Shown here piece by piece: positions 29,372 through 38,724 of a stretch of 64,000 nucleotides of DNA. The stretch's first letter is position 1, and every line of letters begins with the position of its first letter. Both the position numbers and the translations under genes were made by a program. The DNA lies in assembly GCA_934149105.1 (NCBI GenBank), contig CAKPDP010000004.1, forward strand, positions 69,277 through 133,276, given 5' to 3'. The notes below the pieces were generated by a model. The model had not been told where the DNA came from. It worked only from the letters and a program-made list of their open reading frames with translations, and did no database searches. The DNA comes from an uncultured Bacilli bacterium (GTDB taxonomy: Bacteria; Bacillota_I; Bacilli_A; RF39; UBA660).

Positions 29372-30318
29372 TGGAAAAATTATATATAGTCATTCCTTGC
29401 TACAACGAGGAAGAAGTTTTAGACGAAACAAAAAAAGAATTAAAAACAAAAATGGAAAATCTAATTAAAGAAAAGAAAATTTCTCCTGATTCCAGAGTGA
29501 TATTTATTAATGATGGTTCAAAAGATAATACATGGAATTTAATACAAAAATTTTATGAAGAAGATAAATTATTTGGCGGTATAAATTTATCGAGAAATAG
29601 GGGACACCAAAATGCACTTTTAGCAGGTATTTTGACTGTAAAAGAAGATGCAGATATAGTAATTAGCATGGATGCCGATTTACAAGATGATATTAATGCT
29701 ATTGATAAAATGATTGAAAAGAGAAATATGGGAGCCGACATTGTATATGGTGTTAGAAGCAGTCGTAAAAAAGATAGCTTTTTCAAGAGAACGACGGCTC
29801 AAGCTTTTTATAAATTCATGAATATATTAGGTGTCGATATTATTTATAACCATGCAGATTATAGACTTACATCAAAAAAAATATTAAATAATCTATCTAA
29901 TTACAAAGAAGTAAATCTATTCTTAAGAGGAATATTTCCCACAATTGGTTTTAAAAGTGACATTGTTTTATATGAGCGACACGAAAGATTTGCCGGCGAG
30001 AGTAAATATCCATTAAAAAAAATGCTGAATTTTGCTTGGGATGGAATTACATCTTTTAGTGTAAAACCAATTCGACTAGTGTTAAATCTTGGGTTTATTA
30101 TTCTAGGACTAAGCATTATTATGATTATTTATTCTTTAATTCAAAAATTGCTAGGTAATACTGTTGAAGGTTGGGCTTTTATTACATGTTCATTATGGCT
30201 TTTAGGAGGAATTCAAATGTTATCATTAGGAATAATTGGTGAATATATTGGGAAAATTTATAGTGAAACAAAATCTCGCCCTAGATATATTATAGATAAG
30301 TATCTTGTAAAGAAATAA
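29371..30318 (+). CDS. GtrB/CsbB-like polyprenyl-phosphate sugar synthase (GT2 with a C-terminal TM pair).
   Basis: 'YIVIPCYNEEEVL', 'DGSKDNT', 'DADLQDD', and two C-terminal TM helices. Confidence 0.85.
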   Translation: MEKLYIVIPCYNEEEVLDETKKELKTKMENLIKEKKISPDSRVIFINDGSKDNTWNLIQKFYEEDKLFGGINLSRNRGHQNALLAGILTVKEDADIVISMDADLQDDINAIDKMIEKRNMGADIVYGVRSSRKKDSFFKRTTAQAFYKFMNILGVDIIYNHADYRLTSKKILNNLSNYKEVNLFLRGIFPTIGFKSDIVLYERHERFAGESKYPLKKMLNFAWDGITSFSVKPIRLVLNLGFIILGLSIIMIIYSLIQKLLGNTVEGWAFITCSLWLLGGIQMLSLGIIGEYIGKIYSETKSRPRYIIDKYLVKK

Positions 30319-30384
30319 TATTGACCATAAAAAGAAAATAATGATATAATTTAAGTATATAAAAACATGTTAGGAGTATGAGTT

Positions 30385-31125
30385 GTGGAAGATATAAAAA
30401 AGAAAATTTTATTTGTAATACCAGCATATAATGAAGAAGCAAATATCAAAAAGGTCTTAGATGAAATAAAAAAAGATGCTAGTTTTGCAGATATATTAGT
30501 AATTAATGATTGTTCTAAAGATAACACTAAAAAAATAGTTTTAGAAAACGGAGTTAAGTGTATCGATAATATTTTCAATATGCGATACGCTTGGGCCGTA
30601 CAAACAGGAATTAAATATGCCTATCAAAATGATTATGATTATGTTGTCCAAATCGATGCTGATGGACAACATATAGCTAAAGAAGCTGTTAAATTAATAG
30701 AGTGTGCTGAAGAAACTAAAGCCGATATAGTTATCGGTTCAAGATACTTAAAAGATTTAGGTTATCCTTGTCCAACTTTCAGAAGAATTGGTACCAAAAT
30801 ATTTGAATGGTTAATAAAAGTATTTTGTCATACTAGAATAGCTGATCCTTTATCAGGTTTTCAATGCCTAAATAGAAGAGTAATTGAAAAATATGCTAAA
30901 ATGGGAGAATATCCAGAATTTCCCGATGCCAATTTAGTAATAGATATGTTAATGAATGGTTATAAAATTGTTGAAGTACCAGTTAAAATGCGTCTTCGTG
31001 AAAACGGAGAAAGTATGCATGGAGGTATTATCAAACCAATTAAATATATGATTAATATGTTTTATACAATATTCTTTATTGTAGTCCAAAATATAGGAAG
31101 TGGAAGGAGAAAGAGACATGAATAG
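30385..31125 (+). CDS. Soluble GT2 glycosyltransferase, GacI-like (undecaprenyl-phosphate GlcNAc synthase class).
   Basis: 'LFVIPAYNEEANI', 'NDCSKDNT', 'QIDADGQH', and no TM helix. GTG start after an AGGAG RBS. Confidence 0.75.
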   Translation: MEDIKKKILFVIPAYNEEANIKKVLDEIKKDASFADILVINDCSKDNTKKIVLENGVKCIDNIFNMRYAWAVQTGIKYAYQNDYDYVVQIDADGQHIAKEAVKLIECAEETKADIVIGSRYLKDLGYPCPTFRRIGTKIFEWLIKVFCHTRIADPLSGFQCLNRRVIEKYAKMGEYPEFPDANLVIDMLMNGYKIVEVPVKMRLRENGESMHGGIIKPIKYMINMFYTIFFIVVQNIGSGRRKRHE

Positions 31126-31462
31126 AATTTACTTTATCATCATATCAGTTATAGCAGTCTTATATGTTATAAATATTGTTCGTAAAAAGAAATTTTCTAT
31201 TAAGGAAAGCTTTTGGTGGTTTATCGCTTCAATTATAATGCTTATTCTTTCTATTTTCCCTTATTCTATCAATTGGTTTGCTGCCAAATTAGGAATAGCT
31301 TATCCACCATCATTATTATTTATATTATGTATTATTTTCTTATTATTTATCAATTTTAGAAATAGTAAAAGAATCTCTGAACAACAGATAAAAATAATTG
31401 AATTAGGCCAAGAATTAGCAATTGTAAAGGAAAAGGTAAATCATGATGAAAAAAGAAAATAA
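31118..31462 (+). CDS. Small protein with three TM helices, a GacJ/DUF2304-like candidate partner of the upstream GT2.
   Basis: About 114 aa, with 3 predicted TM helices and a basic C-terminus. Lies directly downstream of the GacI-like gene, with a GGAAGGAGAAAG RBS. Confidence 0.45.
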   Translation: MNRIYFIIISVIAVLYVINIVRKKKFSIKESFWWFIASIIMLILSIFPYSINWFAAKLGIAYPPSLLFILCIIFLLFINFRNSKRISEQQIKIIELGQELAIVKEKVNHDEKRK

Positions 31463-32564
31463 AAAATGTATCGCTATATTTTCTGCTTATTCGCTTCCTC
31501 ACTTAGGTGGGATAGAGCGATATGTAGATAACCTATCTAAACAACTAGTTAATTTGAAATACAGAGTAATAATTGTTAGCTCAAATTATGATAATTTTGA
31601 AACAGTTGAAGAAAAAGATGGAATAATATATTTAAAAGTTCCTGTATATAATTTGTTTAAAGAAAGATATCCTTTAATTAATAAATGGAATAAAGAATAC
31701 AAAAAAGTAATAAATGAACTTAATAAATATAAAATCGATAGAATAATTGTTAATACTAGATTTCATTTAACGACATTGATGGGTGCAAAATACGGAAAGA
31801 AAAATAATATTCCTGTTTACTTAATAGAACATGGATCAAATCATTTAAGTGTTAGCAACAAAGTCTTAGATTGGTTTGGTGAAAAATATGAACATGCTCT
31901 AACTAATAAAGTAAAAAAATATGTAGATAAATATTATGGCGTATCAGAGGATGCTTGCAAATGGCAAAAACATTTTAAAATTAATTCAAATGGTGTATGG
32001 TACAATTCTGTTAATAGATTTGATAAGAATATTACTATTAAGAAAAATAGCAATAAAATCACAGTACTTTATGCTGGAAGAATTATAAAAGAAAAAGGTA
32101 TAGAGGATCTAATTATTGCCTTCAATAAATTAAAAAATAAAGATGTAGAATTACTCATTGCGGGTAATGGAAATTATTTGAATTATTTAAAAAATAAGTA
32201 TGAAAATGAAAAAGTTAAATTTTTAGGAAAAACAAATTTTGATGATCTAACAAAGATATACTCTAAAGCAAATATCTTTGTTCATCCTTCACATTATCCA
32301 GAAGGTCTTCCAACTTGCATATTGGAAGCAGGATTGATGAAATGTGCTGTAATAACAACCCCTAATGGTGGAACAAGCTACTTTATTGATGGTAACAACG
32401 GAATAGTTGTTAAAAATCAAAAAGAGTTAGAAGAATCATTAAAAAAACTAGTCGACGATAAAGAATTAGCAAAAAAAATGGGGGAAAAACTACATGAAAC
32501 TGTAGTTAATAATTTTACTTGGGAAGTTACAACTAAAAAGATATTAAGTGATATGGATGTGTAA
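31443..32564 (+). CDS. GT4-family glycosyltransferase (GT-B fold).
   Basis: The block 'EGLPTCILEAGLMKCAVITTPNGG' is the EX7E region of retaining GT4 enzymes. Confidence 0.85.
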   Translation: MMKKENKKCIAIFSAYSLPHLGGIERYVDNLSKQLVNLKYRVIIVSSNYDNFETVEEKDGIIYLKVPVYNLFKERYPLINKWNKEYKKVINELNKYKIDRIIVNTRFHLTTLMGAKYGKKNNIPVYLIEHGSNHLSVSNKVLDWFGEKYEHALTNKVKKYVDKYYGVSEDACKWQKHFKINSNGVWYNSVNRFDKNITIKKNSNKITVLYAGRIIKEKGIEDLIIAFNKLKNKDVELLIAGNGNYLNYLKNKYENEKVKFLGKTNFDDLTKIYSKANIFVHPSHYPEGLPTCILEAGLMKCAVITTPNGGTSYFIDGNNGIVVKNQKELEESLKKLVDDKELAKKMGEKLHETVVNNFTWEVTTKKILSDMDV

Positions 32565-32567
32565 AAT

Positions 32568-33791
32568 ATGAAAAACACAAATTTAAAAAAGAATTTTATT
32601 TGGAACACAATAGGAGTTACGACATTTTCATTAACATCGCTACTATATACAATAATATTAATGAGATTTTCAACACTGAAAATTACTGGGATTTTCTCTT
32701 TCGGATTCACACTAGCTTGTACCACAACAGCACTTGCAGCATTAGGAGGAAGAACCTATCAGGTTACTGATGTTAAAAATGAGCTATCCCCATTTACATA
32801 CATAATATCAAAAGTTTTTACTGTTTCAACCGTTACAATATTAATTTTTATTTTCCTATTATTTAAAAATTATTCGTTTGAAAAATTTATTGCTGTATTT
32901 TTATTGTGCATTTTTAAATATTTAGAAGAACTATCTGATGTATATTATGGAATAATGCAAAAGGAAGATAAATTGTATTATGTTGGAATAATACAGTTTA
33001 TAAAATCAATTATAAATATTATTGTATTTCTGCTAACAATTATTTTTTTTAAGAATCTCATTGTGTCAGTAATATCAATTGTGATGGTAAACCTTTTGTT
33101 TTTGCTTGTTATAGAAATTCCAATTGCAAAAAAATTAAATAGATGGAATCATTCGACCAATAAACAACAATTATTAAAATATTTTAAGGTTAATACAGTA
33201 ATATGTATATTTACATTTTTAACAATGTGCCTTTCAAATGCTCCTAAATATGCAATAGATTTTTATTTGACCGATGAAATACAAGCTGTTTTTGGTATAA
33301 TAATTATGCCAGCTACTGTTATGATTTTAGTATGTAACTTTATTACAAATCCAATTTTAATTCAAATAGCTAATTTATTTAACACAAACAAAGTAAAAGA
33401 TATTTTCAAATTGTTTAAAAAGATTATCCTAATAATTTTTTTAATAGGTATGTTTGGATTAGTTGTTGCATATTTATTAGGAATTCCATTTTTAAATATT
33501 ATATATTCCTCTGATTTTAATAAATATAAATTGGAGTTGATGATTATAATACTTGGCTCTATATTCTATGCCATATCAATGATATGTTCTAGTTTTCTAA
33601 CGTCTATAAGAAAAATTTCAATCCAATTATATATGAATATTATTTTTACACTTCTAGCTTTTGCTATCAGTTTTCAATTTGTAAAAACATTTGGGATTAC
33701 TGGAGGGGCAATTTCATATTCAGCAGTAATGTTCATTAGAATGTTATGTTATATAATTGTAACAATAAAAAAATTAAAAGGTAAGGAGTAG
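32568..33791 (+). CDS. Wzx-like oligosaccharide flippase (MOP/PST family).
   Basis: About 12-14 TM helices with the typical PST-family length and organisation. Confidence 0.7.
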   Translation: MKNTNLKKNFIWNTIGVTTFSLTSLLYTIILMRFSTLKITGIFSFGFTLACTTTALAALGGRTYQVTDVKNELSPFTYIISKVFTVSTVTILIFIFLLFKNYSFEKFIAVFLLCIFKYLEELSDVYYGIMQKEDKLYYVGIIQFIKSIINIIVFLLTIIFFKNLIVSVISIVMVNLLFLLVIEIPIAKKLNRWNHSTNKQQLLKYFKVNTVICIFTFLTMCLSNAPKYAIDFYLTDEIQAVFGIIIMPATVMILVCNFITNPILIQIANLFNTNKVKDIFKLFKKIILIIFLIGMFGLVVAYLLGIPFLNIIYSSDFNKYKLELMIIILGSIFYAISMICSSFLTSIRKISIQLYMNIIFTLLAFAISFQFVKTFGITGGAISYSAVMFIRMLCYIIVTIKKLKGKE

Positions 33792-33794
33792 AAT

Positions 33795-34952
33795 ATGAGT
33801 AATAAAAAAACAGTTTATTATATAAGAAGTACTTCAATAATAAATGATTCCCGTGCAACAAAAGAAATATTATCACTAATTAACAACGGTTATAATGTAA
33901 CAGTTATTGGTTGGGATAGAGATAATAGAATTGAAGATTATAATAAATTTGAAGTTGATGGTAGAATTATACAATCTATATTTTTTAAATATAAGAGTAA
34001 ATATGGAATGTCAGTAAGTACAATATATGGTTTGATCAGATTTCAATTTTGGTTAAAGACAGTTTTAAAAAGAAATATAAAAAAAATAGATTATATACAT
34101 GCATGTGATTTGGATTGCGGATACATATCATCAAAAATCGCAAAAAAATATAATAAAAAAATGATATATGATATGTATGATTATTATGCTGATTCAAGAA
34201 CTATGCCCAAAATATTAAAAAGATTTATTTCGAAGAAAGAAAACGACGTTATAAATAAATCTGCTCTCTCTATAATTTGTGGAGAATGGAGAAAAAAGCA
34301 AATAAATAAAGCTAAACCTCAAAGGTTAACTATTATCCATAATACTCCCAATATTGATTTTAAAGAGACTAAAAGTATAATAAAGAGTAAAAGTAAAAAA
34401 ATCAAAGTATGCTATGTCGGAATCTTGCAAACAGACAGATTATTATTAGAATTATTAAATGAATTTAAAAAACATGACGATTTAGAATTTCATGTTGGGG
34501 GATTTGGAATATATGAAAAAGAGTTCTTAGAAGCATCAAAAAAGTATTCTAATATATTTTATTATGGTTCTCTAAAGTATAATCAAGTTTTAGGATTAGA
34601 ATCTGATTGTGATATTCTATTTGCTACGTATAATCCAGTAATAGAAAATCATAGATATTCTGCTCCAAACAAAGTATACGAAGCAATGGCACTTGGAAAG
34701 CCTATAATAGTATGCAATAATACAGGAATAGATGAATTAGTAAAGAAAAATAATACAGGTTTTGCTATAGACTATGATGCCGATAAATTTTTTGAAATTT
34801 TGTATAAATTTAAAGATAATAAAGAAATACTTAATGATATATCAAAAAATGCCAAAAAGTTATATAATGAAAAATATAATTGGAACATAATGGAGAAACG
34901 TTTGATTAATGAGTATAGAAAATTAGATAAAGGAAGTGATGAAATTGCTTAA
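33795..34952 (+). CDS. GT4-like glycosyltransferase.
   Basis: 'YEAMALGKPIIVCNNTGIDELV' is a GT-B C-terminal motif. Confidence 0.7.
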   Translation: MSNKKTVYYIRSTSIINDSRATKEILSLINNGYNVTVIGWDRDNRIEDYNKFEVDGRIIQSIFFKYKSKYGMSVSTIYGLIRFQFWLKTVLKRNIKKIDYIHACDLDCGYISSKIAKKYNKKMIYDMYDYYADSRTMPKILKRFISKKENDVINKSALSIICGEWRKKQINKAKPQRLTIIHNTPNIDFKETKSIIKSKSKKIKVCYVGILQTDRLLLELLNEFKKHDDLEFHVGGFGIYEKEFLEASKKYSNIFYYGSLKYNQVLGLESDCDILFATYNPVIENHRYSAPNKVYEAMALGKPIIVCNNTGIDELVKKNNTGFAIDYDADKFFEILYKFKDNKEILNDISKNAKKLYNEKYNWNIMEKRLINEYRKLDKGSDEIA

Positions 34953-36000
34953 AGAAAAGAATATTAATCCCATACTTACAGTATTAGTGCCTGTCTATAA
35001 TACCGAAAAATATATTGAAAAGTGTTTATTATCACTAGTTAATAAAAAATTAGTTGGTAAAATAGAAGTGATTATTGTAAGCGACGGAAGTAAAGATAAA
35101 TCAATCGATATTGCAAAGAAAATTGATGAAGAAAACCATGGAATATTTAAAATAATTGAAAAGGAAAATGGTGGCCATGGTTCCACCATAAATGTAGGAA
35201 TTAAGGAAGCAACAGGTAAATACTTTAGGGTCCTTGACAGTGATGATTGGTTCGACGAGAATGAATTTATTAAGTTCATTAATAGATTAGAAAAATGTAA
35301 TTCAGATTTAGTTATTACAGATTACAGCAAAGAGTATGTTAACGATGGAAAAAGTGAAACTATAATATATAAAAATTTGGAAGATTCAAAAGAATATAAT
35401 TTTAATAAATTTGATTTAAAGCTACTTGATTGTGATTTTTTTGCTATGGCCACTATAACATATAAAACTGAAATATTAAAAAAGTTAAAATTTCAATTAC
35501 CTGAAAAGACTTTTTATGTAGATATGTTATATGATGTGATTCCAATGTTGGAAGTTAACACATTTACATATTATAAATGTAATATATATAAATATTTTAT
35601 AGGTAGAATAGGTCAAAGCGTAAATACTAATTCGTATGAGAAAAATCATTTGAATCATAATTTAGTAACCCATAGATTGATCGATTTTTATAGTGATAAC
35701 CAAAGAAATATATCGGCTATAAAAAAAGAATATTTTAAAAATATTGTTAGTGCAGTAATTAATACCAATTACTCGATATATTGTATATTTTTTAAAGACA
35801 AAAAAGATGGTTACAAAAAAGCTAAAAAATTTGATGAATATCTAAAAAATAAATCATTGGAGTTATACAATGAAACAAATAAGTCATACATAAAGATTTT
35901 TAGAAATAGTAGATTTATAATCAGCTTATTAACACCATATCATTTAAAAATGTTTATGTATAAAAAATATTTAAACTCTAAAAATAAAGGAGATAAATAA
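34936..36000 (+). CDS. GT2 glycosyltransferase.
   Basis: 'LTVLVPVYNTEKYIEKCLLSL', 'VSDGSKDKS' and 'LDSDD'. Confidence 0.8.
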   Translation: MMKLLKEKNINPILTVLVPVYNTEKYIEKCLLSLVNKKLVGKIEVIIVSDGSKDKSIDIAKKIDEENHGIFKIIEKENGGHGSTINVGIKEATGKYFRVLDSDDWFDENEFIKFINRLEKCNSDLVITDYSKEYVNDGKSETIIYKNLEDSKEYNFNKFDLKLLDCDFFAMATITYKTEILKKLKFQLPEKTFYVDMLYDVIPMLEVNTFTYYKCNIYKYFIGRIGQSVNTNSYEKNHLNHNLVTHRLIDFYSDNQRNISAIKKEYFKNIVSAVINTNYSIYCIFFKDKKDGYKKAKKFDEYLKNKSLELYNETNKSYIKIFRNSRFIISLLTPYHLKMFMYKKYLNSKNKGDK

Positions 36001-36001
36001 T

Positions 36002-37264
36002 ATGAAAACAAAATATTTAATAATAGGTGCTGGATTATCTGGACTTACATTTGCAAATTATGCTAATGGAGATTATTTAATAGTAGAAAAAGAAAAAGAA
36101 GTCGGTGGTTATTGTAGAACCGTAAAAAGAAATGGTTATGTTTGGGATTATGCTGGGCATTTCTTCCATTTTAATACAGAAGAATTTAAGAAAAAGTTTT
36201 TAGATAGAATGTCAAAAAAAGATATTATATATAATGATAAATGTTCTAAAATTTTATATAAAAATAATTTTATAGATTTTCCTTTTCAAGCTAATATTCA
36301 TCAATTAGAAAAGCAAGAATTTATAGATTGTCTTTACGATCTGTTCAATAAAGAAGAAAAGGACAAATACAATAATTTTTTAGACATGTTATATGGAAAA
36401 TTTGGAAAGTCAATAGTAGAAAAATTTCTTAAACCATATAACGAAAAATTATATGCTGTTGATCTGACTAAGCTAGATGTAGATGCAATGGGGAGATTCT
36501 TTCCATACGCAGATAAGGAAGCCATAATTAATAATATGAAAAATAATAAATTTAATTCTTACAATGCAAGCTTTTTATATCCTAAGAATGGGGCTGCTAG
36601 CTTTATAAAAATTTTATATGATGAACTTGATAAAGATAAGGTTTTATTAAATACAAGTGTTAATTCACTAGATTTAGATAATAGGCAAGCTACATTATCT
36701 AATGGCAAAACAGTTAAATATGAATATTTGATAAATACAATGCCATTAAATAATTTCTTGAAGCTAATAGGAGAACATGATCAATTATTAAATGAAATGT
36801 CTTATAATAAAGTTTTAGTATTTAATTTAGGCTTTGATAAACCTTCACCATTATGCAAAAAGGAACATTGGCTATACATTCCATCTAAAGAATGTAATTA
36901 TTATAGAGCTGGTTTTTATAATAATATATTAGGCGATGAAAAATTGAGTATGTATATAGAAATTGGATATAGTAAAGATTTTCAAATAACAAAAAATGAG
37001 ATAGAAAAGCAATTAGAATTAACTTTAAAAAATCTAAGGAAATCAGGTATTATCAACAATGATATGAAATTAGTTGACCACGAAACAATTATAATGGATC
37101 CAGCTTACGTTCATATTGAAACAGAAACAACAAAAAAAATAGATAAATTAAAAAATGATTTTAGCAAAAAAGGAGTATATACAATAGGTAGATATGGAGC
37201 ATGGATTTATAATTCAATGGAAGACTCTATGGTTAAAGCAAAAGAACTTGCAGAAAAAATATAA
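36002..37264 (+). CDS. glf: FAD-dependent oxidoreductase related to UDP-galactopyranose mutase.
   Basis: The N-terminal 'YLIIGAGLSGLTFA' is an FAD-binding fold and 'GGYCRTVKRNGYVWDYAGHFFH' resembles the Glf block. The gene sits within a polysaccharide locus. Confidence 0.5.
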   Translation: MKTKYLIIGAGLSGLTFANYANGDYLIVEKEKEVGGYCRTVKRNGYVWDYAGHFFHFNTEEFKKKFLDRMSKKDIIYNDKCSKILYKNNFIDFPFQANIHQLEKQEFIDCLYDLFNKEEKDKYNNFLDMLYGKFGKSIVEKFLKPYNEKLYAVDLTKLDVDAMGRFFPYADKEAIINNMKNNKFNSYNASFLYPKNGAASFIKILYDELDKDKVLLNTSVNSLDLDNRQATLSNGKTVKYEYLINTMPLNNFLKLIGEHDQLLNEMSYNKVLVFNLGFDKPSPLCKKEHWLYIPSKECNYYRAGFYNNILGDEKLSMYIEIGYSKDFQITKNEIEKQLELTLKNLRKSGIINNDMKLVDHETIIMDPAYVHIETETTKKIDKLKNDFSKKGVYTIGRYGAWIYNSMEDSMVKAKELAEKI

Positions 37265-37278
37265 GAAGGAGAAATAGC

Positions 37279-38385
37279 ATGATAAAAGTAATGAGTATAT
37301 TCGGGACAAGACCTGAAGCAATAAAAATGGCTCCTCTTGTTAAAGAATTAGAAAGAAGAAAAGAAATAAAAAGTATCGTATGTGTTACCGCTCAACATAG
37401 ACAGATGCTCGATCAAGTATTACAGACCTTTGATATTAAACCAGATTATGATTTAAATATTATGAAACAAGGCCAAACTTTATCAGAAGTAACATCGAGA
37501 GCCTTATTAGGACTAGAAGAAGTATTCAAGAAAGAAAAACCAGATATTGTACTAGTTCATGGCGATACTACCACGACTTTTGCAGGAGCCTTAGCGGCAT
37601 TTTATAGTCAAATTGCTATTGGACATGTCGAAGCTGGATTAAGAACGTACGATAAATATTCTCCATTCCCAGAAGAGATGAACAGACAAATGGTAGATTG
37701 TATGGCTGATATGTATTTCGCTCCTACAGAGTTAAGTAAAGAAAACTTACTTAAACAAAATATAGATAAATCTAAAATATATGTTACTGGAAATACAGCG
37801 ATAGACGCAATGAAGACAACTGTAACTAAAGAATATAAAAACGATATATTCGATTGGGTTGGAAATGATAGAATGATTTTACTTACAGCTCACAGAAGAG
37901 AAAACTTAGGTGATCCAATGCGTAATATCTTTAGAGCCATCAGAAGAATAGTTGATAAAATAGATGATGTTAAAGTTGTATACCCAATTCATATGAATCC
38001 GAAAGTTAGGGAGGTTGCAAATGAAATTTTTGCAGGTTGTGATAAAGTTAAATTAATAGAGCCATTAGAAGTATTCGATTTTCATAATTTTCAAAATAGA
38101 AGTTATATAATTATGAGTGATTCTGGTGGAATACAAGAAGAAGCTCCATCTTTAGGTAAACCAGTATTAGTTTTAAGAGATACAACAGAAAGACCAGAGG
38201 GAATTGCCGCTGGAACATTAAAATTAGTAGGAACTGATGAAAATACAATTTATGAAGAAGCTATTAAACTTTTAACTAACAAAGAAGAATATGATAAAAT
38301 GAGCAAAGCAAGCAATCCCTATGGAGATGGTCATACCAGCGAAAGAATAGCAGATGCTATTATAACGAAGTTTAAAAATAAATAA
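37279..38385 (+). CDS. wecB: UDP-N-acetylglucosamine 2-epimerase (non-hydrolysing).
   Basis: 'IKVMSIFGTRPEAIKMAPLV' and 'HVEAGLRT' are WecB/MnaA hallmarks. Confidence 0.9.
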   Translation: MIKVMSIFGTRPEAIKMAPLVKELERRKEIKSIVCVTAQHRQMLDQVLQTFDIKPDYDLNIMKQGQTLSEVTSRALLGLEEVFKKEKPDIVLVHGDTTTTFAGALAAFYSQIAIGHVEAGLRTYDKYSPFPEEMNRQMVDCMADMYFAPTELSKENLLKQNIDKSKIYVTGNTAIDAMKTTVTKEYKNDIFDWVGNDRMILLTAHRRENLGDPMRNIFRAIRRIVDKIDDVKVVYPIHMNPKVREVANEIFAGCDKVKLIEPLEVFDFHNFQNRSYIIMSDSGGIQEEAPSLGKPVLVLRDTTERPEGIAAGTLKLVGTDENTIYEEAIKLLTNKEEYDKMSKASNPYGDGHTSERIADAIITKFKNK

Positions 38386-38473
38386 ATTAAAAACTTTGTT
38401 GATAAAAGTCAAAAAATAATGTAATTATAAAATATAAAAATTTAAAAATCAAAAATTCTAGAAAAATGAATTG

Positions 38474-38507
38474 AACCTCGTTTGAATATCTATGAAACGA
38501 GGTTTTT
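38474..38507 (+). terminator. Rho-independent terminator ending the first transcription unit of the locus.
   Basis: AACCTCGTTT-gaatatctatg-AAACGAGGTT followed by TTTTT. Confidence 0.8.
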
Positions 38508-38639
38508 GAATGAACAAATAAAAAATCTACTACGATCGTCAAAAAGAAACTAGCTAAAATTCAAAGCATCATAATATAGAATAGAAAATCAGTTAATTAA
38601 TTGTATATATAAAGCCAAATATCAAAAATAGTCGAAAAA

Positions 38640-38671
38640 ATAGTGTTTTCCCAAATCAAATGTGCTATAAT
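38640..38671 (+). promoter_or_regulatory. Candidate promoter with an extended -10 (TGcTATAAT).
   Basis: 'tgtgctataat' lies about 55 nt upstream of the 38725 ATG. Confidence 0.5.
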
Positions 38672-38724
38672 AATATCAATTAAAAGATTAAACAAATTTG
38701 AGAAATCTAATGAGGTGAACTAGC

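Noticed and set aside
26946-36525. Short antisense ORFs (26946-27143, 27898-28200, 29553-29786, 29901-30116, 30351-30578, 32417-32725, 34995-35279, 36334-36525).
   Set aside because: All lie antisense within confidently assigned glycosyltransferase or membrane-protein genes. They are typical spurious ORFs at this AT content.
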